From NCBI GenBank assembly GCA_964618495.1, contig CAZUBE010000006.1, forward strand, positions 2,727 through 66,726: a stretch of DNA of 64,000 bases, in the 5' to 3' direction. How positions within the stretch are numbered: the first letter of the stretch is position 1; the number at the start of each line of letters is the position of its first letter. A model generated the notes under the pieces. The model ran no database searches, was not told the origin of the DNA, and was given only the letters and a program-made list of their open reading frames with translations. A program made the position numbers and the translations under genes. Source of the DNA: an uncultured Brachymonas sp. (GTDB lineage: Bacteria; Pseudomonadota; Gammaproteobacteria; Burkholderiales; Burkholderiaceae_C). Of this stretch, positions 19,532 through 30,175 are shown in pieces.

Positions 19532-19695
19532 GAAGGCGCTGGTTTATTCCAGCTTCAGATAAAAATGCCATAGCCCGTCATTCCCGCGCAGGCGGGAATC
19601 CACGGCTGCGCTTCTTATTGCAATGGATTCCCGCCTGCGCGGGAATGACAACATGCTGCGTTTTTCTCTTGCATGAAAAACAAATCAGCGCCTCC
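19532..19695 (+). mobile_element. MITE/REP-doublet element, copy E (complete, second arm subtype)
   Basis: GAAGGCGCTGGTTTATT ... AACAAATCAGCGCCTCC followed by CTAA. REPs at 19576-19601 and 19625-19650. Confidence 0.88.
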
Positions 19696-19722
19696 CTAAA
19701 AAGCCAAGGCGCAATGACAAAT

Positions 19723-19756
19723 ACGGGAATGGACGCAACGTTCACTCCCGTTTTTT
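19723..19756 (+). terminator. Probable intrinsic terminator downstream of cbbM
   Basis: ACGGGAATGGAC / GTTCACTCCCGT imperfect stem followed by a T run. Confidence 0.55.
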
Positions 19757-19947
19757 GCATATCGGCTCTGTAGCCAACCAGCAACCACACCAGCAGCCAA
19801 AAATCACCCAAACAGACACCGTTTTGTCACGCATTGGCAACTCTAAGCCGTATGATGCAAGTGTGGCTGGTAGCACGCCAAATCAGGCTTGCCCGCATCT
19901 GCCCGTTTAAAACCATCCCTTTTTGCCTACTTCTGTGGAGACTGGCC

Positions 19948-22236
19948 TTGAAATTTCGCTTCCCCATAGTCATCATCGACGAAGATTACCGCACCGAAAA
20001 CACCTCGGGCTTTGGCATACGCGCCTTGGCAGAAGCCATAAAAGAAGAAGGCTTCGAGGTGCTTGGCGTAACCAGCTATGGCGACTTGAGCCAGTTTGCC
20101 CAGCAGCAAAGCCGCGCCAGCGCGTTTATCTTGGCGATTGATGACGACGAATTCAGCCCAGGCCCCGAGATGGACCCAGCCGTGCTCAACCTGAGCACCT
20201 TCATCGAAGAAGTGCGCCGCAAAAACCCCGATGTGCCCATCTACATCTACGGCGAAACCAAAACCAGCCAGCACTTGCCCAACGACATTTTGCGCGAGCT
20301 GCACGGCTTTATCCACATGTTCGAGGACACGCCCGAATTTGTGGCGCGTCACATCATCCGCGAGGCAAAAACCTACCTTGAAGGCATACAGCCGCCGTTT
20401 TTCAAAGCCCTGCTCGATTACGCCGAAGACGGCTCATACTCATGGCACTGCCCCGGGCACTCGGGCGGCGTGGCGTTCCTCAAAAGCCCCATCGGGCAGA
20501 TGTACCACCAGTTTTACGGCGAAAACATGCTCCGCGCCGACGTGTGCAATGCCGTAGAAGAACTCGGCCAGTTGCTTGACCACAACGGCGCTATTGGCGA
20601 AAGCGAGCGCAACGCCGCCCGCATATTCAATTCAGACCACTGCTTTTTCGTCACCAACGGCACCAGCACCAGCAACAAAATCGTGTGGCACCACACCGTA
20701 GCCCCTGGCGACGTGGTGGTGGTAGACCGCAACTGCCACAAATCCATCCTGCACAGCATCATCATGACGGGTGCAATTCCCGTATTTTTAAAACCCACGC
20801 GCAACCACTACGGCATCATCGGCCCCATACCCAAAAGCGAATTTGAGCCAGCCAAAATCCGCGCAAAAATCCGTGCCAACCCGCTGCTCAAAGGCGTAGA
20901 CGCTCAAACCATCAAGCCGCGCGTGCTCACGCTCACGCAATCCACCTACGACGGCGTGCTCTACAACACCGAAACCATCAAAAAAATGCTCGACGGCTAC
21001 GTTGAAAACCTGCATTTTGACGAAGCATGGCTGCCGCACGCAGCCTTTCACCCGTTCTACGGCACGTTTCACGCCATGGGCAGAAAGCGCCCACGGCCTA
21101 AAAAATCGGTGGTCTACTCCACCCAATCCATCCACAAGCTGCTCGCGGGCATCAGCCAAGCCAGCCATGTGCTGGTGCAAAACTCGCAAACCACCAAGCT
21201 CGACCGCCACCTGTTTAACGAGTCTTACCTCATGCACACCAGCACCAGCCCACAATACAGCATCATTGCCAGTTGCGACGTGGCCGCTGCCATGATGGAG
21301 CCACCCGCAGGCACATCGCTGGTTGAAGAAAGCATTGCCGAAGCGCTCGATTTTCGCCGCGCCATGCGCAAAGTAGATGACGACTTTGGCAAAGACGACT
21401 GGTGGTTTCAAGTCTGGGGCCCAGACAAACTCGCCGAAGACGGCCTAGGCCGTGCCGAAGACTGGATTTTGAAAGTAGGCTCCAGCCGCAGCGCCAACTG
21501 GCACGGCTTTGGCAACCTGGCAGCGGGCTTTAACATGCTCGACCCCATCAAATCCACCATCGTCACCCCCGGGCTGAATATGGACGGGCGCTTTGCCAAA
21601 ACGGGCATACCCGCCAGCATCGTGAGCAAATACCTCACTGAAAACGGCGTAGTCGTTGAAAAAACTGGCCTCTACAGCTTCTTCATCATGTTTACCATCG
21701 GCATCACCAAAGGCCGCTGGAACACACTCGTCACCGCCCTGCAGCAGTTTAAAGACGACTACGACAAAAACCAGCCCCTGCGCCGCATCATGCCCGAATT
21801 TTGCGAGCAAATGTCGCGCCGCCCGGGTGGCAACCGCTACGAAGGCATGGGCTTGCGCGATATGTGCCAAATGGTGCACCAAATGTACGCCCGCCACGAC
21901 ATAGCACGGCTCACCACCGAAATGTACCTAAGCGACCTCACCCCCGCCATGCGCCCCGCAGACGCTTACGCAGCCATCGCCCGCCGCGAAACCGAGCGCG
22001 TACCCATCGACCAGCTCGAAGGCCGCATCACCACCAGCCTAGTCACGCCCTACCCGCCAGGCATACCGCTGCTCATCCCAGGCGAAGTCTTCAACAAAAA
22101 AATCGTGGACTACCTTAAATTCTCGCGCAACCTCTCCAAAGAATGCCCGGGCTTTGAAACCGACATCCACGGTTTGGTTGAAGAAGTTGATAGCGACGGC
22201 AAAGTATCGTACTTTGCCGATTGCGTAAAAGAATAA
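19948..22236 (+). CDS. Arginine/lysine/ornithine decarboxylase (fold type I, wing domain)
   Basis: TTG start MKFRFPIVIIDED, WHCPGHSGG, VTNGTSTSN, DRNCHKS, HFDEAW and PLP motif TQSIHK. Substrate cannot be assigned from sequence. Confidence 0.95.
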   Translation: MKFRFPIVIIDEDYRTENTSGFGIRALAEAIKEEGFEVLGVTSYGDLSQFAQQQSRASAFILAIDDDEFSPGPEMDPAVLNLSTFIEEVRRKNPDVPIYIYGETKTSQHLPNDILRELHGFIHMFEDTPEFVARHIIREAKTYLEGIQPPFFKALLDYAEDGSYSWHCPGHSGGVAFLKSPIGQMYHQFYGENMLRADVCNAVEELGQLLDHNGAIGESERNAARIFNSDHCFFVTNGTSTSNKIVWHHTVAPGDVVVVDRNCHKSILHSIIMTGAIPVFLKPTRNHYGIIGPIPKSEFEPAKIRAKIRANPLLKGVDAQTIKPRVLTLTQSTYDGVLYNTETIKKMLDGYVENLHFDEAWLPHAAFHPFYGTFHAMGRKRPRPKKSVVYSTQSIHKLLAGISQASHVLVQNSQTTKLDRHLFNESYLMHTSTSPQYSIIASCDVAAAMMEPPAGTSLVEESIAEALDFRRAMRKVDDDFGKDDWWFQVWGPDKLAEDGLGRAEDWILKVGSSRSANWHGFGNLAAGFNMLDPIKSTIVTPGLNMDGRFAKTGIPASIVSKYLTENGVVVEKTGLYSFFIMFTIGITKGRWNTLVTALQQFKDDYDKNQPLRRIMPEFCEQMSRRPGGNRYEGMGLRDMCQMVHQMYARHDIARLTTEMYLSDLTPAMRPADAYAAIARRETERVPIDQLEGRITTSLVTPYPPGIPLLIPGEVFNKKIVDYLKFSRNLSKECPGFETDIHGLVEEVDSDGKVSYFADCVKE

Positions 22237-22380
22237 ACAACGCACTTCCCCAAAAAGCCATGTTTTGCTTATACTGAGAAAAATCTGATAGCCGTGTTTA
22301 TGCGGCTTGTAGGGAACAATCTGGCTGCAAGGCTCATAAACACTGGTTCTCGGCTTCAACAAGCGCAGTGTAGGTGTTGA

Positions 22381-22476
22381 GGAAACACTGATTTATTCTT
22401 CAAGCAAGAAAAATATCAGAAAGCCGTCATTCCCGCGAAGGCGGGAATCCAGAATTGCGCCTGAGCGGGAGTGACG
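22381..22476 (-). mobile_element. MITE/REP element, copy F (inverted, partial)
   Basis: GGAAACACTGATTTATT plus reverse-complement right arm, a REP at 22425-22450, then a partial second REP. Confidence 0.8.
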
Positions 22477-22615
22477 AATGGGGCGTGTGCTTAAGCCCAA
22501 GTTCAAATCCCACCCCTTTTTCTGGTATTTTTTCTGTGTCCTCTGCGCAACTTCTGCGCCCTCTGCGTCCCGCCCCCGTATTTACCCCCGCCAACACCGC
22601 CCACCTGCCCCAACC

Positions 22616-23236
22616 ATGTCGCACCCCTTTACCGCCCTGCCCCGCAACTTGCCACCAGCGCCCGACTGTTTGCTTGAAACCACTGTTGCGCAAGAAAAAA
22701 TACTCACTGGCCGCTTTCTGCATGCCGTGCGCGATACGGTGCGCCTGCCCGATGGCAACACAGCCATGCGCGAATACATCCAGCACCCTGGGGCAGCCGT
22801 TATCGTGCCTTGTTTGGGCGATGGGCTTTATCTGGTTGAATACCAATACCGCCACCCCATGCGCCGCGCCATGATTGAGTTTCCCGCTGGCAAGCTCGAA
22901 GCGGGCGAGCCTGAGCTGCTCTGCGCCCAGCGCGAATTGCGCGAAGAAACGGGCTTTACCGCAGGGCTTTGGGCGCACGCTGGCACGATGCACAACTGCA
23001 TTGGCTACTCTGACGAGCGTATAGAAATCTGGTTTGCCCGCGATTTGCAGTTTCAAGGGCAGCAGCTTGATGCGGGTGAGTTTTTGCAAATCCACACGGC
23101 TACTTTGGCCGACCTGCTGCAACGCGCGCGCGAAGGCACGCTAACAGATGCCAAAACCCTAACCGCCCTGCTTTGGGCGCAACAGCTTGCCAGCGGCGCA
23201 TGGCAGCTAGACTGGCATAGCAGCTCGCAGCCATAG
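22616..23236 (+). CDS. Nudix hydrolase (ADP-ribose pyrophosphatase-like)
   Basis: REYIQHPGAA, EFPAGKLE...AQRELREETG and IGYSDERI. Confidence 0.92.
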   Translation: MSHPFTALPRNLPPAPDCLLETTVAQEKILTGRFLHAVRDTVRLPDGNTAMREYIQHPGAAVIVPCLGDGLYLVEYQYRHPMRRAMIEFPAGKLEAGEPELLCAQRELREETGFTAGLWAHAGTMHNCIGYSDERIEIWFARDLQFQGQQLDAGEFLQIHTATLADLLQRAREGTLTDAKTLTALLWAQQLASGAWQLDWHSSSQP

Positions 23237-23269
23237 TCTTCAGGTTAAACGGATTAAACCCTCTAGCCG

Positions 23270-23367
23270 CATTCCCGCGCAGAGCCACGCCATGCACGAA
23301 AGCATGGGGCGAGAATCTATGTGTGCAAGTGGCACTGTTGTAGATTCCCGCCCGCGCGGTAATGGCG
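23270..23367. repeat. Degenerate REP doublet, copy G
   Basis: CATTCCCGCGCAG-[hairpin insert]-GCGAGAATCTA ... TAGATTCCCGCCCGCGCGGTAATGGCG. Confidence 0.65.
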
Positions 23368-23537
23368 TAAATCAAATGTGCTTTTTCTCGGATTTGAAAT
23401 CAAAACCCAATCCACATTCTCGTAACGCGCACAAGCCACCTACAACCCTGCCGCGTGCCTTTTGCCCGCATAAGCAAACGCAAGGCGCTACAAAAGACGC
23501 TACAAAAGGCGCATATCCGCTTATCTCTTGTAGCGCA

Positions 23538-25310
23538 TTACAGCACCTCATTGGCAAAGTCTGCCAAGCGCGAACGCTCACCGCGCGCCAGTGTGATATG
23601 CCCGCTGTGCGGCCAGCCTTTGAATTTATCTACCACGGCAGTCAAGCCCGAGGAGCCTTCGGTTAAATAGGGCGTATCAATCTGCGCCAAGTTGCCCATG
23701 CAGATGATTTTGCTTCCAGGGCCCGCGCGGGTTATCAGTGTTTTGAGTTGTTTGGGCGTGAGGTTTTGCGCCTCATCGATGATGACGTACTTGTTCATGA
23801 AAGTGCGCCCGCGCATAAAGTTCATGCTTTTGATTTTGATGCGGCTGCGCACCAGCTCTTGCGTAGCGGCGCGTCCCCATTCGCCTGCGCCGCCTGCACC
23901 TGCGGAGCCATCGCCCTTGATGAGAAACTCAAGGTTGTCATCGAGCGCACCCATCCACGGGCCCATTTTTTCTTCTTCTGTGCCGGGTAAAAAGCCAATA
24001 TCTTCGCCCACGCTGACTGTGGCGCGGGTCATGATGATTTCGCTGTAGCGGCGCTCATCAAGCACCTGCGTTAAGCCGCAAGCCAGCGCCAGCAGGGTTT
24101 TGCCCGTGCCTGCATTGCCCGCCAGCGTAACGAAGTCAATTTCGGGGTCGAGCAGCAGGTTCATGGCAAAGTTTTGCTCGCGGTTGCGTGCCGTAACTCC
24201 CCATGCGCTTTGTTTGGGGTGGGTGCAATCACGCAAGGTTTTAAGCACGGCACTGCTGCCGCGAATTTCAACCACGCGGGCATACAGGCTAGTCTCGCCA
24301 GGCTGCTCAAAATAGACGAACTGGTTGATTAAAAGCTGCTGCACCAGCTCACCATGAATGCGATAGAAGGTGTGTGCGCCCTCTTTCCAGCTTTCCATCT
24401 GCTCGGGCTGTGTTTCCCAAAAGTTGGCAGGTAGCGCCAGCATGCCGTTGTAGAGCAGCTCATCGTCTTCCAGCGCCTTGTCGTTTTGGTAGTCTTCTGC
24501 TGCCAGCCCCAAGGCACGCGCTTTTACGCGCATATTGATGTCTTTAGACACCAGCACCACTTCGCGCCCCGCGTGCTGCTTCTCGAGCGCGGCAACTACG
24601 CCCAGAATCTGGTTGTCTGCCTTGCCTTGCGGCAGCGCATTCAGCGGCAGGCTGTAGTCCAGCATTTGCGTCTGGAAAAATAGCCGCCCTGTTGCCTCTC
24701 TGTTGCCAATGGCAGATAGCGGCATGCCTTCGCCCAACTGGTCTTTAGGCGCAGTTGCCACCAGCGCATCGAGCATGCGGCTGGCTTGGCGCACGTTGCG
24801 CGCTACTTCATTGGCGCCTTTTTTGTGGCTATCCATCTCCTCCAGCACAATCAGCGCCAGATAAACGTCATGCTCCTCAAAGCGAAACAGGCAAGTCGGG
24901 TCGTGCATCAGCACGTTGGTATCAAGTACAAACAGCTTGCTTACACCTGTAGCCACTTTGGAGGCAGCAGCTTTTCTAGTTACAGGGCGTGCTTCTGCCT
25001 TGCCAACTACTGCACGATCACTTGGCGCTACAACAGGGGGTATTGGCGCTGAGGCAGCCTGACGACCTTTTCGCTTCACCGCAGCAGCAGGAGACATCTC
25101 CATTGGCGCGGCTACCTCATTGCTGAGAACCTGCTCCACTGGCTTCGCACTCATTAAAGCTGAAGTCGTTGCAGCACGCTTTTTGGGTGCCGCCGCACTC
25201 CCTCCACGGTTTATAACTGCAGCAGGCTTTGACGCTTCAGCAGGGGCATTAGAAAAACTGCTTTTTGACAGAGTACTGGCACGCTTTTGGGGGGGAGGAG
25301 GCAAAGGCAT
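23538..25310 (-). CDS. PhoH-family ATPase with N-terminal PIN domain (PhoH2 type)
   Basis: FVLDTNVLMHDP (PIN), GNAGTGKT (Walker A), RGRTF, IIDEAQNLT and GNLAQID; long basic low-complexity N-terminus. Confidence 0.95.
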   Translation of the reverse strand: MPLPPPPQKRASTLSKSSFSNAPAEASKPAAVINRGGSAAAPKKRAATTSALMSAKPVEQVLSNEVAAPMEMSPAAAVKRKGRQAASAPIPPVVAPSDRAVVGKAEARPVTRKAAASKVATGVSKLFVLDTNVLMHDPTCLFRFEEHDVYLALIVLEEMDSHKKGANEVARNVRQASRMLDALVATAPKDQLGEGMPLSAIGNREATGRLFFQTQMLDYSLPLNALPQGKADNQILGVVAALEKQHAGREVVLVSKDINMRVKARALGLAAEDYQNDKALEDDELLYNGMLALPANFWETQPEQMESWKEGAHTFYRIHGELVQQLLINQFVYFEQPGETSLYARVVEIRGSSAVLKTLRDCTHPKQSAWGVTARNREQNFAMNLLLDPEIDFVTLAGNAGTGKTLLALACGLTQVLDERRYSEIIMTRATVSVGEDIGFLPGTEEEKMGPWMGALDDNLEFLIKGDGSAGAGGAGEWGRAATQELVRSRIKIKSMNFMRGRTFMNKYVIIDEAQNLTPKQLKTLITRAGPGSKIICMGNLAQIDTPYLTEGSSGLTAVVDKFKGWPHSGHITLARGERSRLADFANEVL

Positions 25311-25542
25311 AAAAAGTAACTTTCAAGTCTGCAGCGAATGCAGTTGGTTGAGATACCCCAATATACATTACAACTGCTACAGTCATAAACTTGCCACACC
25401 GAGTCAATGTATCCAGCTACTATTACTCTCGAAAAAAACAACACCAGACCAGTTTCCTGACAGTTAATTTACAGCCGCAATTCCGTAAACCAGAAATCGC
25501 GCTACCATTACCAGACCTACTACCGCATCCTGCATCCACGCC

Positions 25543-27090
25543 ATGAACCCACCTCTTTCCTTTGCCCGCCAGAGCATCCTATTCGTTGCTTTCGCACTGG
25601 CTACACTGTCACAATCTGCACAAAGTGCAGATTTCCGCTGGCTAGACACAAGAAACCAACCGCGCCCTGTTGCAATACAGGCCGCCACGCAGCTGACCGC
25701 TGCAGAAAACGATGGCTTACTACCCGCAGACTATGAAGCAGCCAAGATTGCCAGCGCTGTGGCTTCTGCAAGCAAAGTGCCTCTTTCGCCCGAAGAAGCC
25801 ATAAAACTCGATGCATTACTCACCCAAAGCGTATTGCGTTATTCCAACGAACTGCACCATGGTCGTATAGACCCTAAAACCATTCGCGAAAATTATTCTG
25901 CTGATGCACGTGTGCCTTTCGATGCCAATGTGTTGCTCACACAATCGCTGGCAGCAGGCGACCTCAAGCCATTATGGCTGGCTGCCACCCCAAAAGCCCC
26001 CATGTACGATGAGCTACGCACGGAGCTGCAACGCTACTTGCGTCTGCGCAGTAATCCAGCCTGGAGCACTCCGTTGCCTGCACTGGCCAAAACAGCGAAT
26101 ATTCGCCCTGAGCAAGAATGGTCTGGGTTACCCATACTGGCACAGCGCCTTGTTGCTTTAGGCTATTTGTCCGCAAATACAGCTAAGGACCCTGTTAAAT
26201 TCACACCTGAACTTCAGCAAGCTGTTGCAACTTACCAAAAATTCCATAGCCTGAAGCAAAGCGGACTGATTGACCGCGCAACCGTTGAAAGCATAAATAT
26301 TTCACCGACTGAACGTGCAGCACAAATAGCACAAACACTAGAACGCCTGCGCTGGGCTCCATTGCAACAAACTCAGCGCATGATTGTGGTCAATATCCCA
26401 GAATACCGTCTGCGCGCCTATACGCTGTACAACTACAAAGCCATACAAACAGTGCCTATCAACGTCATAGTTGGCCGCGCACACAGCAACCCCACACCTT
26501 TATTCAACAAAGACATGCAATATGTCGAATTCAGCCCATTCTGGAACGTACCACCATCCATTTTGCGCAAGGAGATGCTGCCGCGTCTACAACGCGATCC
26601 CAACTATCTTCAGCGCGGCAATTATGAAGTCGTAGGGCGCAATGGCAAAAAAGTTGATGTCACACCCGAAACTCTGGCCGGGCTTGCCAACGGCTCCATG
26701 CGTGTGCGCCAGCGCCCCGGGCGTGGCAACGCACTGGGTGGTGTCAAGTTTGTATTCCCCAACAACGACAACATCTACCTGCATCACACCTCATCGCCCG
26801 GCCTGTTCAAACGTGATTACCGCGCCTTGAGCCACGGCTGCGTGCGTGTTGAGGAGCCTAAAGCTCTTGCAAAATATGTATTGCAAGATGACCCGGAATG
26901 GACTGCACAGCGTATCAGCAATGCCATAGACAGGCATGCTGGCGGCACTGTGCACCTCAAACAGCCCATACCAGTAGTAATTACCTACCTGACCACCGTT
27001 ATTGGCGAAGACAAGAATCTGTATTTCCTGCCTGACGTCTATGGTCAGGACAAAGTGCTGAAACATGCGCTGGAAAAACGATTACGTTAA
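25543..27090 (+). CDS. L,D-transpeptidase (YcbB/LdtD-like) with scaffold and peptidoglycan-binding domains
   Basis: Signal peptide, LERLRW, VNIPEYRL, FSPFWNVPPSI, PGRGNALG.VKF.FPN and YLHHT...SHGCVRV. Confidence 0.92.
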   Translation: MNPPLSFARQSILFVAFALATLSQSAQSADFRWLDTRNQPRPVAIQAATQLTAAENDGLLPADYEAAKIASAVASASKVPLSPEEAIKLDALLTQSVLRYSNELHHGRIDPKTIRENYSADARVPFDANVLLTQSLAAGDLKPLWLAATPKAPMYDELRTELQRYLRLRSNPAWSTPLPALAKTANIRPEQEWSGLPILAQRLVALGYLSANTAKDPVKFTPELQQAVATYQKFHSLKQSGLIDRATVESINISPTERAAQIAQTLERLRWAPLQQTQRMIVVNIPEYRLRAYTLYNYKAIQTVPINVIVGRAHSNPTPLFNKDMQYVEFSPFWNVPPSILRKEMLPRLQRDPNYLQRGNYEVVGRNGKKVDVTPETLAGLANGSMRVRQRPGRGNALGGVKFVFPNNDNIYLHHTSSPGLFKRDYRALSHGCVRVEEPKALAKYVLQDDPEWTAQRISNAIDRHAGGTVHLKQPIPVVITYLTTVIGEDKNLYFLPDVYGQDKVLKHALEKRLR

Positions 27091-27206
27091 ACCAGCACCT
27101 TATGACAAAATCATGCACACTTTAGCGTAACATCCCACCTCAAGGGCAGCTATACTAGAGGTGTCAGCTGATAGTTTTTTTCTGTTTTTTGCCCGAAAGG
27201 ATGTTC

Positions 27207-27428
27207 ATGTTTCCAGAGTATCGCGACCTGATTAGCAAGCTCAAGACCGAAGATGCCCGTTTTGAGCGTTTGTTTGACAAACACAACGAGCTTGACCAGC
27301 AAATCAAAAATATGGAGGCACGTATCATTTCCGCTAGCAGCGAAGAGATTGATACCCTGAAAAAAGAAAAACTTGCCCTGAAAGATGAGCTCTACCAGAT
27401 TTTGCGTAAAGCCTCTGCACAAGCATAA
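27207..27428 (+). CDS. YdcH/DUF465-family small coiled-coil protein
   Basis: MFPEYRDLISKLK...HNELDQQI...LKKEKLALKDELY. Confidence 0.85.
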   Translation: MFPEYRDLISKLKTEDARFERLFDKHNELDQQIKNMEARIISASSEEIDTLKKEKLALKDELYQILRKASAQA

Positions 27429-27449
27429 GACGAATTGATTTTTGTCTGT

Positions 27450-27481
27450 AAAAAAGGGAGTCATAGTGACTCCCTTTTTTT
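27450..27481. terminator. Bidirectional intrinsic terminator
   Basis: AAAAAAGGGAGTCA-TAG-TGACTCCCTTTTTTT between convergent genes. Confidence 0.9.
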
Positions 27482-27590
27482 ATCCCTTGACCCGTCCCGA
27501 AATACATTGACAAGTTTTAGCTTTTAAAAAGCTGCATAGAAATAGTAGGTGTGCATCATGACTTTTAAGTTACCAAATGTTTCTACTTGC

Positions 27591-28514
27591 TTACCATTGC
27601 AGAGCCATCTCGCCAAACCCGACGGGAGCAGCAGCTTCCCGCTCGAAAGTCACCTCTTCAAACGCATCTTGCTGCTCCAGCAAGGCGCGCAACAGCAGAT
27701 TATTGAGCGCATGCCCACTGCGATACGCTGTATAGCTTGCCAGTAAAGGCCGACCAATCAGATACAGATCACCCATGGCATCAAGAATTTTGTGCTTGGC
27801 AAATTCGTCATCGTAGCGTAGCCCTTCACTGTTGAGTACCCGGTAATCATCCAGCACAATCGCGTTATCAAGGCTGCCGCCCAGCGCCAAACCACGCGAA
27901 CGCATCATTTCAACATCGCGGGTAAATCCAAAAGTACGGGCTCGGGCAATATCGCGCACATAATTGTTTGTTGACAAATCAAACTCAACACATTGCCCTG
28001 TACTATCTACCGCAGGATGTGCAAAGTCGATTTCAAACCGCAAACGATACCCATGGTATGGCTCCAGACGTGCCCATTTACCTTGCGCACCTTCTCCCTC
28101 ACGCACTTCTACTGGGCGCAATACACGGATAAATTTACGCGCAGAGCGCTGTTTGACAATGCCAGCACTTTGCAACAGGTAAACAAAAGAGGCGGCAGAA
28201 CCATCCAGAATTGGCACTTCCTCAGCAGTAATGTCAATGTAAAGATTGTCCAACCCCAACCCTGCACAAGCCGACATCAGATGCTCAACCGTATGCACCT
28301 TGGCTGCACCATTGGATATGGTAGATGCCATGCGGGTATCAGTAACAGAGTGCGCTGACACAGGAATATCCACCGGATGCGGCAGATCGACACGGCGAAA
28401 AACAATGCCCGTATCAATTGCAGCTGGGCGCAATGTCAGCTCCACCCGCTGGCCGCTATGCAAGCCTACACCTACTGCGCGCGTAATGGTTTTAATGGTT
28501 CTTTGTTCAATCAT
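27591..28514 (-). CDS. lpxC: UDP-3-O-acyl-GlcNAc deacetylase
   Basis: [22 protein letters not shown] and HKILD. Confidence 0.98.
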   Translation of the reverse strand: MIEQRTIKTITRAVGVGLHSGQRVELTLRPAAIDTGIVFRRVDLPHPVDIPVSAHSVTDTRMASTISNGAAKVHTVEHLMSACAGLGLDNLYIDITAEEVPILDGSAASFVYLLQSAGIVKQRSARKFIRVLRPVEVREGEGAQGKWARLEPYHGYRLRFEIDFAHPAVDSTGQCVEFDLSTNNYVRDIARARTFGFTRDVEMMRSRGLALGGSLDNAIVLDDYRVLNSEGLRYDDEFAKHKILDAMGDLYLIGRPLLASYTAYRSGHALNNLLLRALLEQQDAFEEVTFEREAAAPVGFGEMALQW

Positions 28515-28736
28515 GGCGCTATTGTAAAAGTTATGCTGCCATCAGGTGTTTATAAATGCCTATGGCCATCTTTAAAGAAAGCTTTTGCTAAAGCATCTCC
28601 ATATGCGAAACAACTACTTCTCACTGCTGTGCCCAATGCAGGCAGCATAACTAACAACCTTGACCTACACATCTGGCATATGTACAAACGGCGCACATTG
28701 AAAACAACATACGCCGTTTTAACCGATGCCCAAAGC

Positions 28737-29975
28737 TCAATCTGCCTGTTTACGCAAGAATGCTGGTATCTCGTAATCATCCAGACCACTTGAAGCCAGC
28801 TGGCTTACGCGTACAGATGCCGGATTGGCTTCGGCAACGCGCCCAGTCTGCCAGACACTGGCACCAACTGTTCCTGCAGGAGAAACATTGGTCATAACCG
28901 GAATGGTTACGCCTGCTGGCGGAGTAGCTGAAGACGGGACAAAACTACCTGCAACGTCATCAGTGCCCGTGCGGCTGATGACTTGCATAGGGGGGACATG
29001 GCGGCGAACACTTTGCCTGCTCAGGCCGGTCGCAACCACAGTGACACGAATGTTGTCACCTATGCTGTTGTCATAAGCTGCGCCATAAATAATGTGTGCA
29101 TCTGGCGAGGCATAGGCACGAATGGTATTCATCGCCAACTTGGACTCATTGAGTTTGAGCGAGCCTTGTGCGGCTGTAATCAGCACCAGCACACCACGTG
29201 CGCCTGACAGGTCAATACCCTCAAGCAGTGGGCAGGCTACGGCCTGCTCTGCCGCAATGCGTGCGCGATCGGGGCCGCTGGCTATGGCTGTGCCCATCAT
29301 GGCTTTGCCTGGCTCACTCATGATGGTTTTGACGTCTTCAAAGTCAACGTTAATCTGGCCAGACTCATTGATGATTTCTGCAATGCCGCCTACGGCGTTT
29401 TTCAAAACGTCATTGGCATGCGCGAAGGCTTCATCCTGGGTGACGTCATCGCCAAGCACTTCTTGCAGTTTCTCGTTGAGCACCACAATCAGCGAATCGA
29501 CGTTTTCTTCCAGCTCGGCAACGCCTGCGTCGGCATTGGCCATGCGGCGGCCACCTTCCCATTCAAACGGTTTGGTAACTACGCCTACGGTGAGGATGCC
29601 CATTTCACGCGCTACCCGTGCGATGACAGGTGCAGCTCCAGTGCCTGTGCCGCCGCCCATACCTGCAGTGATAAATACCATGTTGGCACCATCAAGTACG
29701 CTGCGTATTTCTTCTACGGCCACTTCAGCAGCATCGCGCCCTTTATCGGGTTTGCTTCCTGCACCCAGACCCGAGCTGCCGAGCTGAATAATGCGATGTG
29801 CGCTGCTATGACTCAATGCCTGCGCATCGGTATTGGCACAAATAAACTCAACGCCTTCTACATGGCGATCAATCATATGCTGCACCGCATTGCCGCCACC
29901 GCCGCCAACCCCCAAGACCTTGATTTGGGTGCCAGAATGGAATTCTTCAGTATTAATCATTTCAATGGGCATCAT
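28737..29975 (-). CDS. ftsZ: Cell division GTPase FtsZ
   Basis: GVGGGGGNAV, AGMGGGTGTG, NVDFEDV and the C-terminal IPAFLRKQAD tail. Confidence 0.99.
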   Translation of the reverse strand: MMPIEMINTEEFHSGTQIKVLGVGGGGGNAVQHMIDRHVEGVEFICANTDAQALSHSSAHRIIQLGSSGLGAGSKPDKGRDAAEVAVEEIRSVLDGANMVFITAGMGGGTGTGAAPVIARVAREMGILTVGVVTKPFEWEGGRRMANADAGVAELEENVDSLIVVLNEKLQEVLGDDVTQDEAFAHANDVLKNAVGGIAEIINESGQINVDFEDVKTIMSEPGKAMMGTAIASGPDRARIAAEQAVACPLLEGIDLSGARGVLVLITAAQGSLKLNESKLAMNTIRAYASPDAHIIYGAAYDNSIGDNIRVTVVATGLSRQSVRRHVPPMQVISRTGTDDVAGSFVPSSATPPAGVTIPVMTNVSPAGTVGASVWQTGRVAEANPASVRVSQLASSGLDDYEIPAFLRKQAD

Positions 29976-30175
29976 GTTGCTCCTCTCAGTTTCTGGATAG
30001 TTTAAATGGAAAAAGTGTTTATGCTGAAAATGGATTAACCATTGCTGCAAGGATAAAAATATTTAACGACATATCTGATAAAGCTTCCTTTCCTGTGCGG
30101 CAATATGCCAGCATCGAAACGGGCTGCCGCGTGCCCAGCGGATACGGGAAAAATGAAATGGATTGCCTGCCATGA

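Noticed and set aside
19834-19947. N-terminal extension of the decarboxylase
   Set aside because: Homology starts at TTG 19948 (KFRFPIVIIDED); the upstream codons are an ORF-caller extension.
22478-22615. N-terminal extension of the Nudix gene adjoining repeat F (repeat-in-protein insertion)
   Set aside because: The REP lies upstream of even the longest ORF start, and the likely ATG is 22616, so the repeat is intergenic.
23486-23535. Tandem CGCTACAAAAG x2 with an inverted TTGTAGCG at the phoH 3' end
   Set aside because: Short; most simply part of a terminator-like hairpin region between convergent genes.
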